This document shows positions 46,340 to 55,388 of a stretch of DNA of 64,000 nt, in pieces. Under the pieces are notes generated by a model. The model was not told the origin of the DNA, ran no database searches, and saw nothing but the letters and a program-made list of their open reading frames with translations. Position 1 is the stretch's first letter. Each line of letters begins with the position of its first letter. A program made the position numbers and the translations under genes. Source of the stretch: Bailinhaonella thermotolerans (GTDB lineage Bacteria > Actinomycetota > Actinomycetes > Streptosporangiales > Streptosporangiaceae); contig NZ_QZEY01000015.1 of NCBI RefSeq assembly GCF_003594875.1, positions 1-64,000 of the forward strand. Reading direction: 5' to 3'.

Positions 46340-49300
46340 GTGTCCATGCGTTTCGGGGTGCTGGGCCCGCTCGAGGGGTGGACGGAGGAGGGGAGACCCG
46401 TCCGCGTCCCGGAGACCAAGGTCCGGGCGCTGCTCGCCGACCTCCTCGTCCACCGGGGCCATCCGGTCAGTCCCGACCGCCTGGCCGACGACCTGTGGGG
46501 AGGGCGTCCCCCGGCCGACCCCGCCGCCGCCGTGCAGACGCGCGTCTGGCAGCTCCGCCGCGCCCTCGACCTGGCCGAACCCGGCGCCCGCGACCTCGTC
46601 GTGCGCGGCCCGGCCGGATACCTGCTGCGGGCCGGGACCGACGCCGACCGCTTCACCGAACTGGGGGACCGGGCCCGCGCCGCCGGCGACCCGGCCGACC
46701 GCGCCGCCCTGCTCACCGAGGCCCTGGGCCTGTGGAGGGGTACGGCGTACGCCGACTTCGCCGACGAGGACTTCGCCCGCCCCGAGATCCACCGGCTTGA
46801 AGAGCTCCGCCTTGCGGCGCTCGAAGATCTCGCCGAGGCCCGCCTGGACCTGGGCGACCACCTGCGGGTCACCGCCGACCTGGCCGACCTGGTGAGCGCC
46901 CACCCGCTGCGCGAACGCCTCCACGCCCTCCACATCCTCGCGCTGTACCGCGCGGGCCGCCAGCACGAGGCCCTGACGGCGTACCACGCCCTGCGCACGC
47001 GCCTGGCCGACGACCTCGGCCTCGACCCGTCGCCCTCCCTCCGGTCCCTCCACGAGGCGATCCTCCGCCACGACCCCTCCCTCGTCCCGCCCCCGCGGTC
47101 CGCGATCTCCGTTCCCCCCGGAGACGGCGCGGCGGCCGGGCCGCCCGGCGAGGTGGCCGCCTCCGGGACGCCGGCCGGCCCGCCGCGGGAGATCGGTGAG
47201 ACCGGGGACGGCGGGCCGTACGGCGGGCCCGGGTCCTCGCTCGCGGGCGGCGAGGAGGCCGCGCCCGCCGCCGTGCCGTACCCGGGTGTGCCGGTGCCGG
47301 TGAACGCCCTGGTGGGGCGCGAGGACGACCTTTCCGGGGTGCGGGAGGCGCTGGGCTCCGCGCGCGTGGTGACGCTGGTCGGGCCCGGCGGGGTGGGGAA
47401 GACGCGGCTGGCGCTGGAGGTGGCCGCCGGGCTGGGCGGGCGCGTCCTGGTCGTGGAGCTGGGCGGCCCTGGGGACCCCGGCGAGGAGGTGCTCGCGGGG
47501 CTGGGGGTCCCCGACGACGGGGCGATGCCCGTGGACGACCGGGTCGTCGCCGCGCTGCGCGGAGTCCGGGGCGTGCTCGTGCTCGACAACTGCGAGCACG
47601 TGATCGAGCGGGCCGCCGAGCTGGTCGTGCGCGTCGCCGCCGCCTGCCCCCGGATGTCGGTGCTCGCCACCAGCCGCGAGCCGCTGGGCGTCCCCGGGGA
47701 GGCGCTGTGGCCGGTCGAGCCGCTGGACGTGCCGGAGTCCGCCGGGGTGGAGGCGGTACGGCGGGCCGGCGCGGCGCGGCTGTTCCTCGACCGGGTCGCG
47801 GCGGCCGCGCCGGGGTTCCGGCTGGACGAGGAGAACGCCGCGGCCGTCGCGGCCGTCTGCGCCAGGCTCGACGGCATCCCGCTGGCCCTGGAGCTGGCCG
47901 CAACACGCGTGCGCGGGCTGGGCGTGCACGAGCTGGCCCGGCGGCTGGGGGACGAGGGACGGTTCCGGGTGCTGGACTCGGGCCGGCGCGGGGTGCCCGC
48001 CCGGCAGCGCACGCTGCGCGCCGTGATCGACTGGAGCTGGGACCTGCTCTCCGGCGCGGAGCGCGTGGTGCTGCGGCGGCTGTCCGCGCACGCGGAGGGC
48101 TGGGACCTGGAGGCCGCCGAGAGCGTCTGCGCCGGGGGAGAGGTGGCGGCGGAGGAGGTCGCCGGGCTGCTCGCGCGGCTGGTGGACCGGTCGCTCGTCG
48201 CGGTGACCCCGGCGGGGCGGTACCGCCTGCTGGAGTCCGTCGGCGCGTACGCCGCCGAGCGGCTGGCCGAGTCGGGGGAGGCCGCCGCCGTGCGCCTGCG
48301 GCACGTCCGGCACTACCTGGAGCTGGCCGAACTCGCCGCGCCCGGGCTGCGCGGCCCCGATCAGCGGCGGTGGCTGGAACGGCTGGACGCCGAGACCGCC
48401 AACCTGCGCACCGCGCTCGCGCACGCCGGGCCCGGTCTCGCGCTGCGGCTCGTGGACGCGCTGGCCTGGTACTGGTTCCTGCGCGGCCGCCTCACCGAGG
48501 CCCGCCGCTCCCTCGCCGCCGCCCTCGCCTCCGCGACCCCCGGAGCGCCTCCCGCGCCTGGAACGCACCCCGCGCCCGGTGCGCCTCCTGCACCTGGACC
48601 GCACCCCGCGCCCGGTGCGCCTCCCGCGCCCGGGGCTCAGGCCGTACCGGGGGTTCAGGCCGTACCGGCGGAGGACCGGGCGGCCTACGCGCGGGTGGCG
48701 GCGTGGCTGGCCGGGTTCGCGCTGCTGGCCGGGGACGACGAGGAGCCGGTACGGCGGGCCGGGGCGGCGCTGGCGCTCTTCGAGGACGTGGACGACGCGC
48801 CCGGCCGCGCCCGGGCGGAGTGGTTCGTGGCGTTCGCGCGGCGCGGGATCGGGGACCCGGCGGACACGGACCGGCTGGTGGAGCGGGCGCTCGACGGATT
48901 CCGGGCGGCCGGGGACCGGTGGGGCGTCGCGGCGGCGCTCGGGGCGCGGGCGACGCGGGCGCTGGCGCGCGGCGACCTCGCGGCGCTGGTGCGGAACGCC
49001 GAGGAGAGCCTCCGGCTGTTCCGGGAGATCGGGGACCGCTGGGGGCGGCTCCGGGCGGGCGAGAACCTGGCGGTGGCCGCCGAGGTCGCCGGCGACTACG
49101 ACCGCGCGGCCGAGCTGCGCGCCGAGGGCCTGCGGATGGCCGAGGACCTGGGGCTGTGGACGGAGGTGTCCTGGCGGCTGTCGGGGCTGGGCCGGCTGGC
49201 GCTGCTCACCGGTGACCACGACCGGGCCTACGAGCTGCACGAACGCGCCCGCGCGCTCGCGAAGGAGCAGGCGAGCCGCCCGGCGGAGGAGTTCGCCGAG

Positions 49301-49768
49301 ACCGGGCTCGCCCTCGGGGCCCGGCGGGCCGGGCGGCTGGACGAGGCCGAGACGCGGCTGCGCAAGTGGCTCGGCTGGATGGACCGGCTGGAGGCGTCCA
49401 ACGGGCGCGCGCTCGCGCTGGCCGAGCTGGGATTCGTCGCGGAGCTGCGCGGCGACGCCGAGCGGGCGCTGGAGCTGCACCGCGAGGGGCACGCCGTGGC
49501 CAGGGGCACCGGGGACCCCCGGGCGCTGGCGCTCGCGCTGGAGGGGCTGGCGGGCGCGCACACCCTGACCGGCGACCACGCGCACGCGGCCCGCCTGCTC
49601 GGGGCCGCCGCCACCCTGCGCACGTCGGCCGGAGCCCCCCTCCCCGAGGCCGAGCGCGCCGACGTCGACCGAATCGCCGGACGCGCCCGCGCCGCCCTCG
49701 GCGAGGCCGCGTTCACCGAGTCGTACGCCGCGGGCCAGGCCCGTCCCGACGTCCCCCCGCTCCCCTGA
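46340..49768 (+). CDS. SARP/AfsR-family large transcriptional regulator (BTAD DNA-binding + NB-ARC ATPase + TPR)
   Basis: N-terminal OmpR-like wHTH with BTAD (FGVLGPLE...LLADLLVHRG...); central P-loop VTLVGPGGVGKTRLALEVA; C-terminal helical repeats. Internal proline-rich tandem repeat at 48540-48660. Confidence 0.88.
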   Translation: MSMRFGVLGPLEGWTEEGRPVRVPETKVRALLADLLVHRGHPVSPDRLADDLWGGRPPADPAAAVQTRVWQLRRALDLAEPGARDLVVRGPAGYLLRAGTDADRFTELGDRARAAGDPADRAALLTEALGLWRGTAYADFADEDFARPEIHRLEELRLAALEDLAEARLDLGDHLRVTADLADLVSAHPLRERLHALHILALYRAGRQHEALTAYHALRTRLADDLGLDPSPSLRSLHEAILRHDPSLVPPPRSAISVPPGDGAAAGPPGEVAASGTPAGPPREIGETGDGGPYGGPGSSLAGGEEAAPAAVPYPGVPVPVNALVGREDDLSGVREALGSARVVTLVGPGGVGKTRLALEVAAGLGGRVLVVELGGPGDPGEEVLAGLGVPDDGAMPVDDRVVAALRGVRGVLVLDNCEHVIERAAELVVRVAAACPRMSVLATSREPLGVPGEALWPVEPLDVPESAGVEAVRRAGAARLFLDRVAAAAPGFRLDEENAAAVAAVCARLDGIPLALELAATRVRGLGVHELARRLGDEGRFRVLDSGRRGVPARQRTLRAVIDWSWDLLSGAERVVLRRLSAHAEGWDLEAAESVCAGGEVAAEEVAGLLARLVDRSLVAVTPAGRYRLLESVGAYAAERLAESGEAAAVRLRHVRHYLELAELAAPGLRGPDQRRWLERLDAETANLRTALAHAGPGLALRLVDALAWYWFLRGRLTEARRSLAAALASATPGAPPAPGTHPAPGAPPAPGPHPAPGAPPAPGAQAVPGVQAVPAEDRAAYARVAAWLAGFALLAGDDEEPVRRAGAALALFEDVDDAPGRARAEWFVAFARRGIGDPADTDRLVERALDGFRAAGDRWGVAAALGARATRALARGDLAALVRNAEESLRLFREIGDRWGRLRAGENLAVAAEVAGDYDRAAELRAEGLRMAEDLGLWTEVSWRLSGLGRLALLTGDHDRAYELHERARALAKEQASRPAEEFAETGLALGARRAGRLDEAETRLRKWLGWMDRLEASNGRALALAELGFVAELRGDAERALELHREGHAVARGTGDPRALALALEGLAGAHTLTGDHAHAARLLGAAATLRTSAGAPLPEAERADVDRIAGRARAALGEAAFTESYAAGQARPDVPPLP

Positions 49769-49784
49769 CCCCGCCCCGCTGCGG

Positions 49785-51725
49785 TCACTCGCGGGCGGCG
49801 ATGAGCCGCACCGGCGGGATCCGGGTCGCGGACCAGGCGGACCAGGCGCTCGCGGCGCCGCTCACCGCGTAGGCGCCCGCGGCCAGGGCGAGCAGCAGGC
49901 CCCACGGCACGGCGAGCAGGGGCCGGCCGACGGCGGCGATCGCGGAGGCGCGGATCCCGGCGAGCGCCCCGGCCGCGACCAGGCAGCCGAGCAGCAGGCC
50001 GATCGTGGTCACCGCCCAGGTCTCGATCACCGCCGCCCGGACCACCTGGGGCCTGGACAGGCCGGTCACGCGCGCGTTCGCGAACTCCACACGCCGCTCG
50101 GAGGTGGCGATGACCACCGCGTTGACCACCGCGACCAGGGCGTACACCGCCGCCAGGCCCATCAGCGCGGCCAGGATGCCCACGTTCCCGCGCTGCTGCT
50201 CCTCCGACCGGTCCTCGGCCCACCGCGCGACCGTCCGCGCGGTGCCGATCCCCGCCGCGCGGACGCGCTCGGCGACCTCCCCGGGGTCGGTCCCGTCCGC
50301 GACGACCACCACGCTCTCGGCCTCCGCCTTCGCGAGCACGCCCGCGGGCACGATCTCGCGGGGGAGCAGGAACCTCTCCGCGTAGTTCTCCATGGTGGCG
50401 GGCAGCGCGGCGACGACCTTGAGGGTCCGGCGCTCCCCGGCGACGCGCGCGGTCACCGTGGAACCGAGGCGGATGCCCTCCCCGTCCAGCCCCGGCCCGA
50501 CCGCGACGGTGTTCCCGCGCAGCCGGTCCAGCCCGCCCCGCGCCTTCAGCCGGTGCGTGCGCGCGTAGGCCGCCGGGTCCACCGCCACGACCCCCGCGTG
50601 GTAGGTCGCCCGCCGCTTGCGCCCCTCCTCGCGCAGCGTCGCCGTCACCGACACGGGCACCGTGAACTGGGCGGACACCGTCTCCACGCCGGGGATCGCG
50701 GCGATGCGGTCCGCCGCCGCCCCGGAGGAGGCCACCACCAGGTCCCCGCGCACGACGCGCTTCAGGTCCTCCCCGACGAACAGCGCGAGCGACTGCAGCG
50801 TGCCCGTCAGCCCGATCACCAGCGACACCAGCACGATCAGCGGCGCCGCGACCGAGGCGCCGCGCCGTACGCCGTCGGCCAGGTTGGCCCGGGCCAGCTC
50901 CCCGAGCGGGCCGCCGCCGAGGAGCGCGCCGAGCGCCCGGCCGGTGAGCGGCACCGCCAGCGGGCTGAGCGCGCTCAGCGCGACCGCGCCGGTCATCGAC
51001 ACCACCAGCGCCACCATGACCGCGCCGAGCACGTCGGCCGACTGGGCGGCCACCACCATCCACACCGTCAGGGCCAGCGACCCGAGGCCGCAGACCCACC
51101 GCGTGGCCGTCATCACCCGGGCCGCGCCGCCCGTGTCGCGCAGCGCCTCCAGCGGGCGCACCCGGGCGGCGCGCACGGCGGCGGAGAGCACCCCGAGCAG
51201 CGCCACCCCGACGCCGACGGGCGCGGCGACGGCGACGGCCGCCCCGGAGAACGGGGCCGCGAAGTCGTCCGGCAGCATCCCCAGCGCGACCAGCAGCCGG
51301 GCCTGCGCCCACGCCGCCGGGATCCCGAGCGGCACGCCCAGCGCCGAGCCGGCCGCGCCCAGCAGCAGCCCCTCGGCCAGCAGCAGCCGCACGACCCGGC
51401 CGCGGCCCGCGCCGACCAGCCGGAACAGCGCCAGCTCCCGGCGGCGCTGCGCGACCGTGAAGGCGAACGTCGAGGCCACGACGAACACCGCGAGGAACCA
51501 CGCCAGCATCACGGTCATGCCCAGCAGCGTCGCCGCCCCGGCGTACCCCTCGCGGATCGCCTCGGCCTCGCGCCCGGACACCCCCGCGGGGACCTCCGGC
51601 TCCCCGGTCGCCACCAGGACCTGGATCGCCGACTGCACCAGGGCCACGCCGAGCGCCACCGACAGGATCGCCCCGGCGAACAGCCGCCACCGCTCGGCGA
51701 GCGTGCTCAGCGACATCCACAGCAC
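49785..51725 (-). CDS. FtsX-family ABC transporter permease (BceB/MacB-like, 10 TMS, 646 aa)
   Basis: Duplicated FtsX four-helix units with a large extracytoplasmic loop. Size and topology match BceB-type permeases. Confidence 0.8.
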   Translation of the reverse strand: MLWMSLSTLAERWRLFAGAILSVALGVALVQSAIQVLVATGEPEVPAGVSGREAEAIREGYAGAATLLGMTVMLAWFLAVFVVASTFAFTVAQRRRELALFRLVGAGRGRVVRLLLAEGLLLGAAGSALGVPLGIPAAWAQARLLVALGMLPDDFAAPFSGAAVAVAAPVGVGVALLGVLSAAVRAARVRPLEALRDTGGAARVMTATRWVCGLGSLALTVWMVVAAQSADVLGAVMVALVVSMTGAVALSALSPLAVPLTGRALGALLGGGPLGELARANLADGVRRGASVAAPLIVLVSLVIGLTGTLQSLALFVGEDLKRVVRGDLVVASSGAAADRIAAIPGVETVSAQFTVPVSVTATLREEGRKRRATYHAGVVAVDPAAYARTHRLKARGGLDRLRGNTVAVGPGLDGEGIRLGSTVTARVAGERRTLKVVAALPATMENYAERFLLPREIVPAGVLAKAEAESVVVVADGTDPGEVAERVRAAGIGTARTVARWAEDRSEEQQRGNVGILAALMGLAAVYALVAVVNAVVIATSERRVEFANARVTGLSRPQVVRAAVIETWAVTTIGLLLGCLVAAGALAGIRASAIAAVGRPLLAVPWGLLLALAAGAYAVSGAASAWSAWSATRIPPVRLIAARE

Positions 51726-51728
51726 GGC

Positions 51729-52448
51729 TCAGCCCTCCAGCCTCACGAGCCGGTCGGCCACCCGGGTCGCCGTCGGGCGGACCAGCCGGTCCACGATCCG
51801 GCCGTCCGCCAGGAACACCACCGCGTCCGCGCGCGCCGCGGCGGCCGGGTCGTGCGTGACCATCACGATCGTCTGGCCCGCGTCCGCCATCTCGCGCATC
51901 AGCCCGAGCACGGTCCTCGCCGAGGCCGAGTCCAGCGCCCCGGTCGGCTCGTCGGCGAACAGCACCGCGGGCGACATGATCATCGCGCGGGCGATCGCCA
52001 CCCGCTGCTGCTGCCCGCCCGACAGCTCGCGCGGCCGGTGCCGGACCCGGTCGCCCAGGCCCACCCGGGCCAGCGCCGCGTGCACGTCCCGGCGCGGCAC
52101 CCGCACCCCCGACAGCTTCAGCGGCAGCGCCACGTTCTGCTCGGCCGTGAGCGAGCCGATCAGGTTGAAGCTCTGGAACACGAACCCGACCGACCTGCGC
52201 CGCATCGCGGTCAGCGCCGCGTCCGGGGCGGCCGTGATGTCGCGCCCGGCCAGCAGCACCCGGCCCCGGGTGACCTGCTCCAGCCCCGCGGCGCAGTGCA
52301 GCAGGGTGGACTTGCCCGACCCCGAGGGGCCCATGACCGCCGTCCACGTCCCGGCGGGGAACACGGCGCTGACCCCGTCCAGCGCGCGCACGCCCAGCCC
52401 GTACTCCCTGCTCACCTCGTGCAGCTCCACCGCGTTGCCGTACGTCAT
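51729..52448 (-). CDS. ABC transporter ATP-binding protein (BceA/MacB-NBD-like)
   Basis: Walker A GPSGSGKST, signature LSGGQQQR, Walker B LFADEPT. Start taken at MTYGNAVELHEV. Confidence 0.85.
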   Translation of the reverse strand: MTYGNAVELHEVSREYGLGVRALDGVSAVFPAGTWTAVMGPSGSGKSTLLHCAAGLEQVTRGRVLLAGRDITAAPDAALTAMRRRSVGFVFQSFNLIGSLTAEQNVALPLKLSGVRVPRRDVHAALARVGLGDRVRHRPRELSGGQQQRVAIARAMIMSPAVLFADEPTGALDSASARTVLGLMREMADAGQTIVMVTHDPAAAARADAVVFLADGRIVDRLVRPTATRVADRLVRLEG

Positions 52449-52507
52449 GGACCGATCCCACCGGTCGCGCCCGCCCCGGCGCATCACCCCGGAACCCCAG
52501 ATCGGAG

Positions 52508-54043
52508 GTGGGGTTAACCCCACCAGCGCCCTTTCGGAGCCCGCCGTCCTCCGCGACTACCGTGGACGGGGTGTCCACCGCCGACCCCTCCATCACCGAT
52601 CCCTCCATCACCGATCCCTCCACCGCCGACCCCGCGGCCCCGGACCCGTCCGCCCCGGACTCCCGCGACGCGCCCGCGCTTGCACCCGCACCCGCACCCG
52701 GACCCGGTACGGCGGGGCGCGCGCGTCCCGGGGAGGAGGCCGGGCCCGCGCGGACCGTGCTGGCGGCGATGGCCCGGCGGGCGTACGCCGTCACCGGGTG
52801 GCCCTGGCGGGCGCTGGCGTACCTCCTGACGACGGGGATCCCGATGGCGGGCGCGGTGCTCCTGCTGGCCCCGGCGGCCGCGGTGTGGGCGTTCGTTCCG
52901 TCGGCCGGGCCCGGGATCGGGGAGCGCGTGGCCCTGGCCGTGCTGGGCGCGGCGCTGCCCGCGGTGGCCGCCCCGCCGCTCGCGCCGGCCCTCGCGCGGC
53001 TGGAGCGGCTGCGGCTGCGCCTGGTGGACTCCCGTCCGCTCGGCCCCGCGTTCCGCGCCCCCGCCGCCCCCGGGCTCGCCGCCTGGGCGCGCGCCCGCTA
53101 CGCCGACGGGGCCGCCTGGCGCGCCCTGGCGTACCTCCTGCTGCTGGTCACCGTGGTCGCGCCGGCCGGCCTGGCGCTGCTGACGTTCCTGCTCACGGTG
53201 GCCGGCCTCCTCGTGAGCCCCTTCCTGTCGTACGGCGACGGCGAACGCCTCGCGCTGGGCTTCGCCGAGGTCTCCGGGCGCGGGCAGGCCGTGCCGTACG
53301 CCGTGCTCGGGGTGGTGCTGCTGGCGGCCGTGCCGTACCTGCTCGGGCTGGCGGCGGGGGCGCAGGGGGCGCTGGCGCGCACGCTGCTGGGCCCCGGGGG
53401 GAGGCTGCGCGCCGAGCTGGTGGAGGTGGCGCGGTCGCGGGCGCGGCTGGTGGACGCGTTCGAGGCCGAGCGGCGGCGCATCGAGCGCGACCTGCACGAC
53501 GGGGCGCAGCAGCGGCTCCTGTCGCTCAGCCTGCGGCTGGGCCTCGCCCGGCACGCGCTGGACGCCGGCTCCGAGGCGGGGCGGACCGTGGCCGAGGCGC
53601 ACGAGGAGGCCAAGCTCCTCATGGCCGAGCTGCGCGAGCTCGTGCGGGGCATCCACCCCCGCGTGCTGACCGACCGGGGCCTGGCCGCCGCGCTGGAGGA
53701 GCTGGGCGACCGCTGCCCGCTGCCCGTCACCGTCCGCGCCGACCTGGCCGTACGGCCCCCGGCAGGGGTGGAGTCGGCGGCGTACTTCGCGGTGGCCGAG
53801 GCGCTGAACAACGCGGTCAAGCACAGCGGCGCGCGGGCCGTGCTGATCACGGCGCGGCTCGCGCGGGGGATCCTGGTCGTGGAGGTGACCGACGACGGCC
53901 GCGGCGGGGCCGAGCCGGGGCGGGGGAGCGGGCTGACCGGGCTGGCGGACCGGGTCGCCGTGGTGGACGGCAGAATGTTCCTGTCCAGTCCGGCCGGAGG
54001 GCCGACCGTCGTGCGTGTGGAGCTGCCGTGCCCGTCCGAGTAG
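52508..54043 (+). CDS. Sensor histidine kinase (HisKA_3/NarL-type, multi-TM intramembrane-sensing); start uncertain
   Basis: H-box ERRRIERDLHDGAQQRL, N/G-boxes in the HATPase_c. The N-terminal ~200 aa is multi-TM with no periplasmic domain. Low-complexity TDPSITDPSITDPS repeat near the N-terminus. GTG at 52508 has a ggagg RBS, but alternative GTGs exist at 52562 and 52571. Confidence 0.75.
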   Translation: MGLTPPAPFRSPPSSATTVDGVSTADPSITDPSITDPSTADPAAPDPSAPDSRDAPALAPAPAPGPGTAGRARPGEEAGPARTVLAAMARRAYAVTGWPWRALAYLLTTGIPMAGAVLLLAPAAAVWAFVPSAGPGIGERVALAVLGAALPAVAAPPLAPALARLERLRLRLVDSRPLGPAFRAPAAPGLAAWARARYADGAAWRALAYLLLLVTVVAPAGLALLTFLLTVAGLLVSPFLSYGDGERLALGFAEVSGRGQAVPYAVLGVVLLAAVPYLLGLAAGAQGALARTLLGPGGRLRAELVEVARSRARLVDAFEAERRRIERDLHDGAQQRLLSLSLRLGLARHALDAGSEAGRTVAEAHEEAKLLMAELRELVRGIHPRVLTDRGLAAALEELGDRCPLPVTVRADLAVRPPAGVESAAYFAVAEALNNAVKHSGARAVLITARLARGILVVEVTDDGRGGAEPGRGSGLTGLADRVAVVDGRMFLSSPAGGPTVVRVELPCPSE

Positions 54044-54702
54044 TGCTGGCCGAGGACGGCGTGCTGCTGCGCGAGGGGCTGGCCGGGCTGCTGGACCGGT
54101 TCGGCTTCGAGGTCGCCGCCACCGCGGGGGACGCCGGCGGGCTGCGCGAGGCGGTCGCCGCGCACGACCCCGACCTCGTGGTCACCGACATCCGCATGCC
54201 CCCGGGATTCACCGACGAGGGGCTGCGCGTGGCCGCGGCGCTGCGGAAGGAGCGGCCGGGCCTGGCCGTGGTCGCGCTCAGCCAGTACGTCGAGCTGAGC
54301 TACGCGGCCGACCTGCTCGACTCGGGTGACGGGCGGCGGGTGGGCTACCTGCTCAAGGACCGGATCGTGGACGTGGCCGAGTTCGCCGACACGCTGCGGC
54401 GGGTCGTGGCGGGTGGCACGGTGATCGATCCGAAGGTCGTCGGGCAGCTCCTGCGCCGCCGCCGCGACCCGCTCGAACGGCTGTCCCCGCGCGAGCGCGA
54501 GGTGCTCGCGCTCATCGCCGAGGGCCACTCCAACTCCGCCATCGCCCGGCGGCTCGTCCTCACCGAGACGACGGTGGGCAAGCACGTCGGCGCGGTCTTC
54601 GCCAAGCTCGACCTGCCGCCCGCCGAGGACGTCCACCGCCGGGTCCTGGCGGTGCTCGCCTACCTGCGCAGTCAGCCGAGCTGGACGTCGGCGCAGGAGT
54701 AG
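54028..54702 (+). CDS. Response regulator, NarL/LuxR family
   Basis: REC domain (VLAEDGVLLREG...DLVVTDIRMP) and LuxR HTH (SPREREVLALIAEGHSNSAIARRLVLTETTVGKHV). Overlaps the HK stop. Confidence 0.88.
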   Translation: MPVRVVLAEDGVLLREGLAGLLDRFGFEVAATAGDAGGLREAVAAHDPDLVVTDIRMPPGFTDEGLRVAAALRKERPGLAVVALSQYVELSYAADLLDSGDGRRVGYLLKDRIVDVAEFADTLRRVVAGGTVIDPKVVGQLLRRRRDPLERLSPREREVLALIAEGHSNSAIARRLVLTETTVGKHVGAVFAKLDLPPAEDVHRRVLAVLAYLRSQPSWTSAQE

Positions 54703-55271
54703 AAGGCGTTCGAGGTGTCCGCGATGTCCCAGACGGCGAGGATCAGGTGGCGGCCCGTCTTGCCGGCCGGGATCGTGCCCTGGTGGGTGGCGGTGGAGCC
54801 GGGGCGCGTGCCGTTGTAGGCCCTGGTGAGGAACGGCGCGGGCTCCAGGGCGGCCCGGGTCAGCGGCTGCGCGGGATTCCAGCCGTTGCGCGTGATGAAG
54901 TAGCGGAACGACGTGGTGGCGTGCGGGGCGGTGAACCGCCAGCTGAAACTGGAGACGACGCCGCTGGTCATGCGCGCGGCCGGCCACGTGCCGCCGCGCG
55001 GGTCGTCGAGCGGGGCCCAGCGCCGGTCGCCTGCGGCGCAGATCGTGCCGTCGCGGGGGCCGGCCGCGGGGAAGCCCTTCGGGCCCTCGACGCTCTGCGG
55101 CTCCCACTGGATCGGGCCGCAGTTGGCGACCTCTCCCGTGGCGCAGCGCGAACTGCGGCTGGGCGGGTTGGTGGTGTAGCCGTGCGAGTGGGCGGGGAGG
55201 GCGACGGCCACGGGGGCCAGCACGGCGATGGCCCCGGCGATCGCGAGGCCGGTCCTGGTCGGCATGGGCAT
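54672..55271 (-). CDS. AA10 lytic polysaccharide monooxygenase (CBP21-like, chitin-active type), single domain
   Basis: Signal peptide then mature N-terminal His (AHS/HGYTTNPPSRS). QWEPQSVEGPKGFPAAGPRDG, FRYFITRNGWNPAQPLTR and HLILAVWDIADTSNAFYSCADVQL closely parallel S. marcescens CBP21 motifs. 3' end overlaps the RR gene by 31 bp (convergent). Confidence 0.85.
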   Translation of the reverse strand: MPMPTRTGLAIAGAIAVLAPVAVALPAHSHGYTTNPPSRSSRCATGEVANCGPIQWEPQSVEGPKGFPAAGPRDGTICAAGDRRWAPLDDPRGGTWPAARMTSGVVSSFSWRFTAPHATTSFRYFITRNGWNPAQPLTRAALEPAPFLTRAYNGTRPGSTATHQGTIPAGKTGRHLILAVWDIADTSNAFYSCADVQLG

Positions 55272-55299
55272 GCTCCTCGGGTGGGGGCGGAGCGCACTA

Positions 55300-55316
55300 A
55301 TAGGAAAGCTTCCTAT
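55300..55316. promoter_or_regulatory. Palindrome ATAGGAA-agc-TTCCTAT upstream of the LPMO gene
   Basis: 7-bp perfect dyad arms ~30 bp upstream of the LPMO start in an AT-rich leader. A second dyad tccggaa-N6-ttccgg lies nearby. Confidence 0.45.
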
Positions 55317-55388
55317 CTGAATACGAAGCTAACCGCCGGTCAGGAAGTCCGGAATGCACCTTCCGGCGTAACCCTCCTGTCGCTCCGG

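Noticed and set aside
46313-49585. 1090-aa minus-strand ORF
   Set aside because: It is antisense to the SARP regulator and is low-complexity.
50617-54702. 1361-aa plus-strand ORF
   Set aside because: Only the terminal 54028..54702 (response regulator) is genuine. The remainder is antisense to the ABC permease and ATPase genes and overlaps the HK out of frame.
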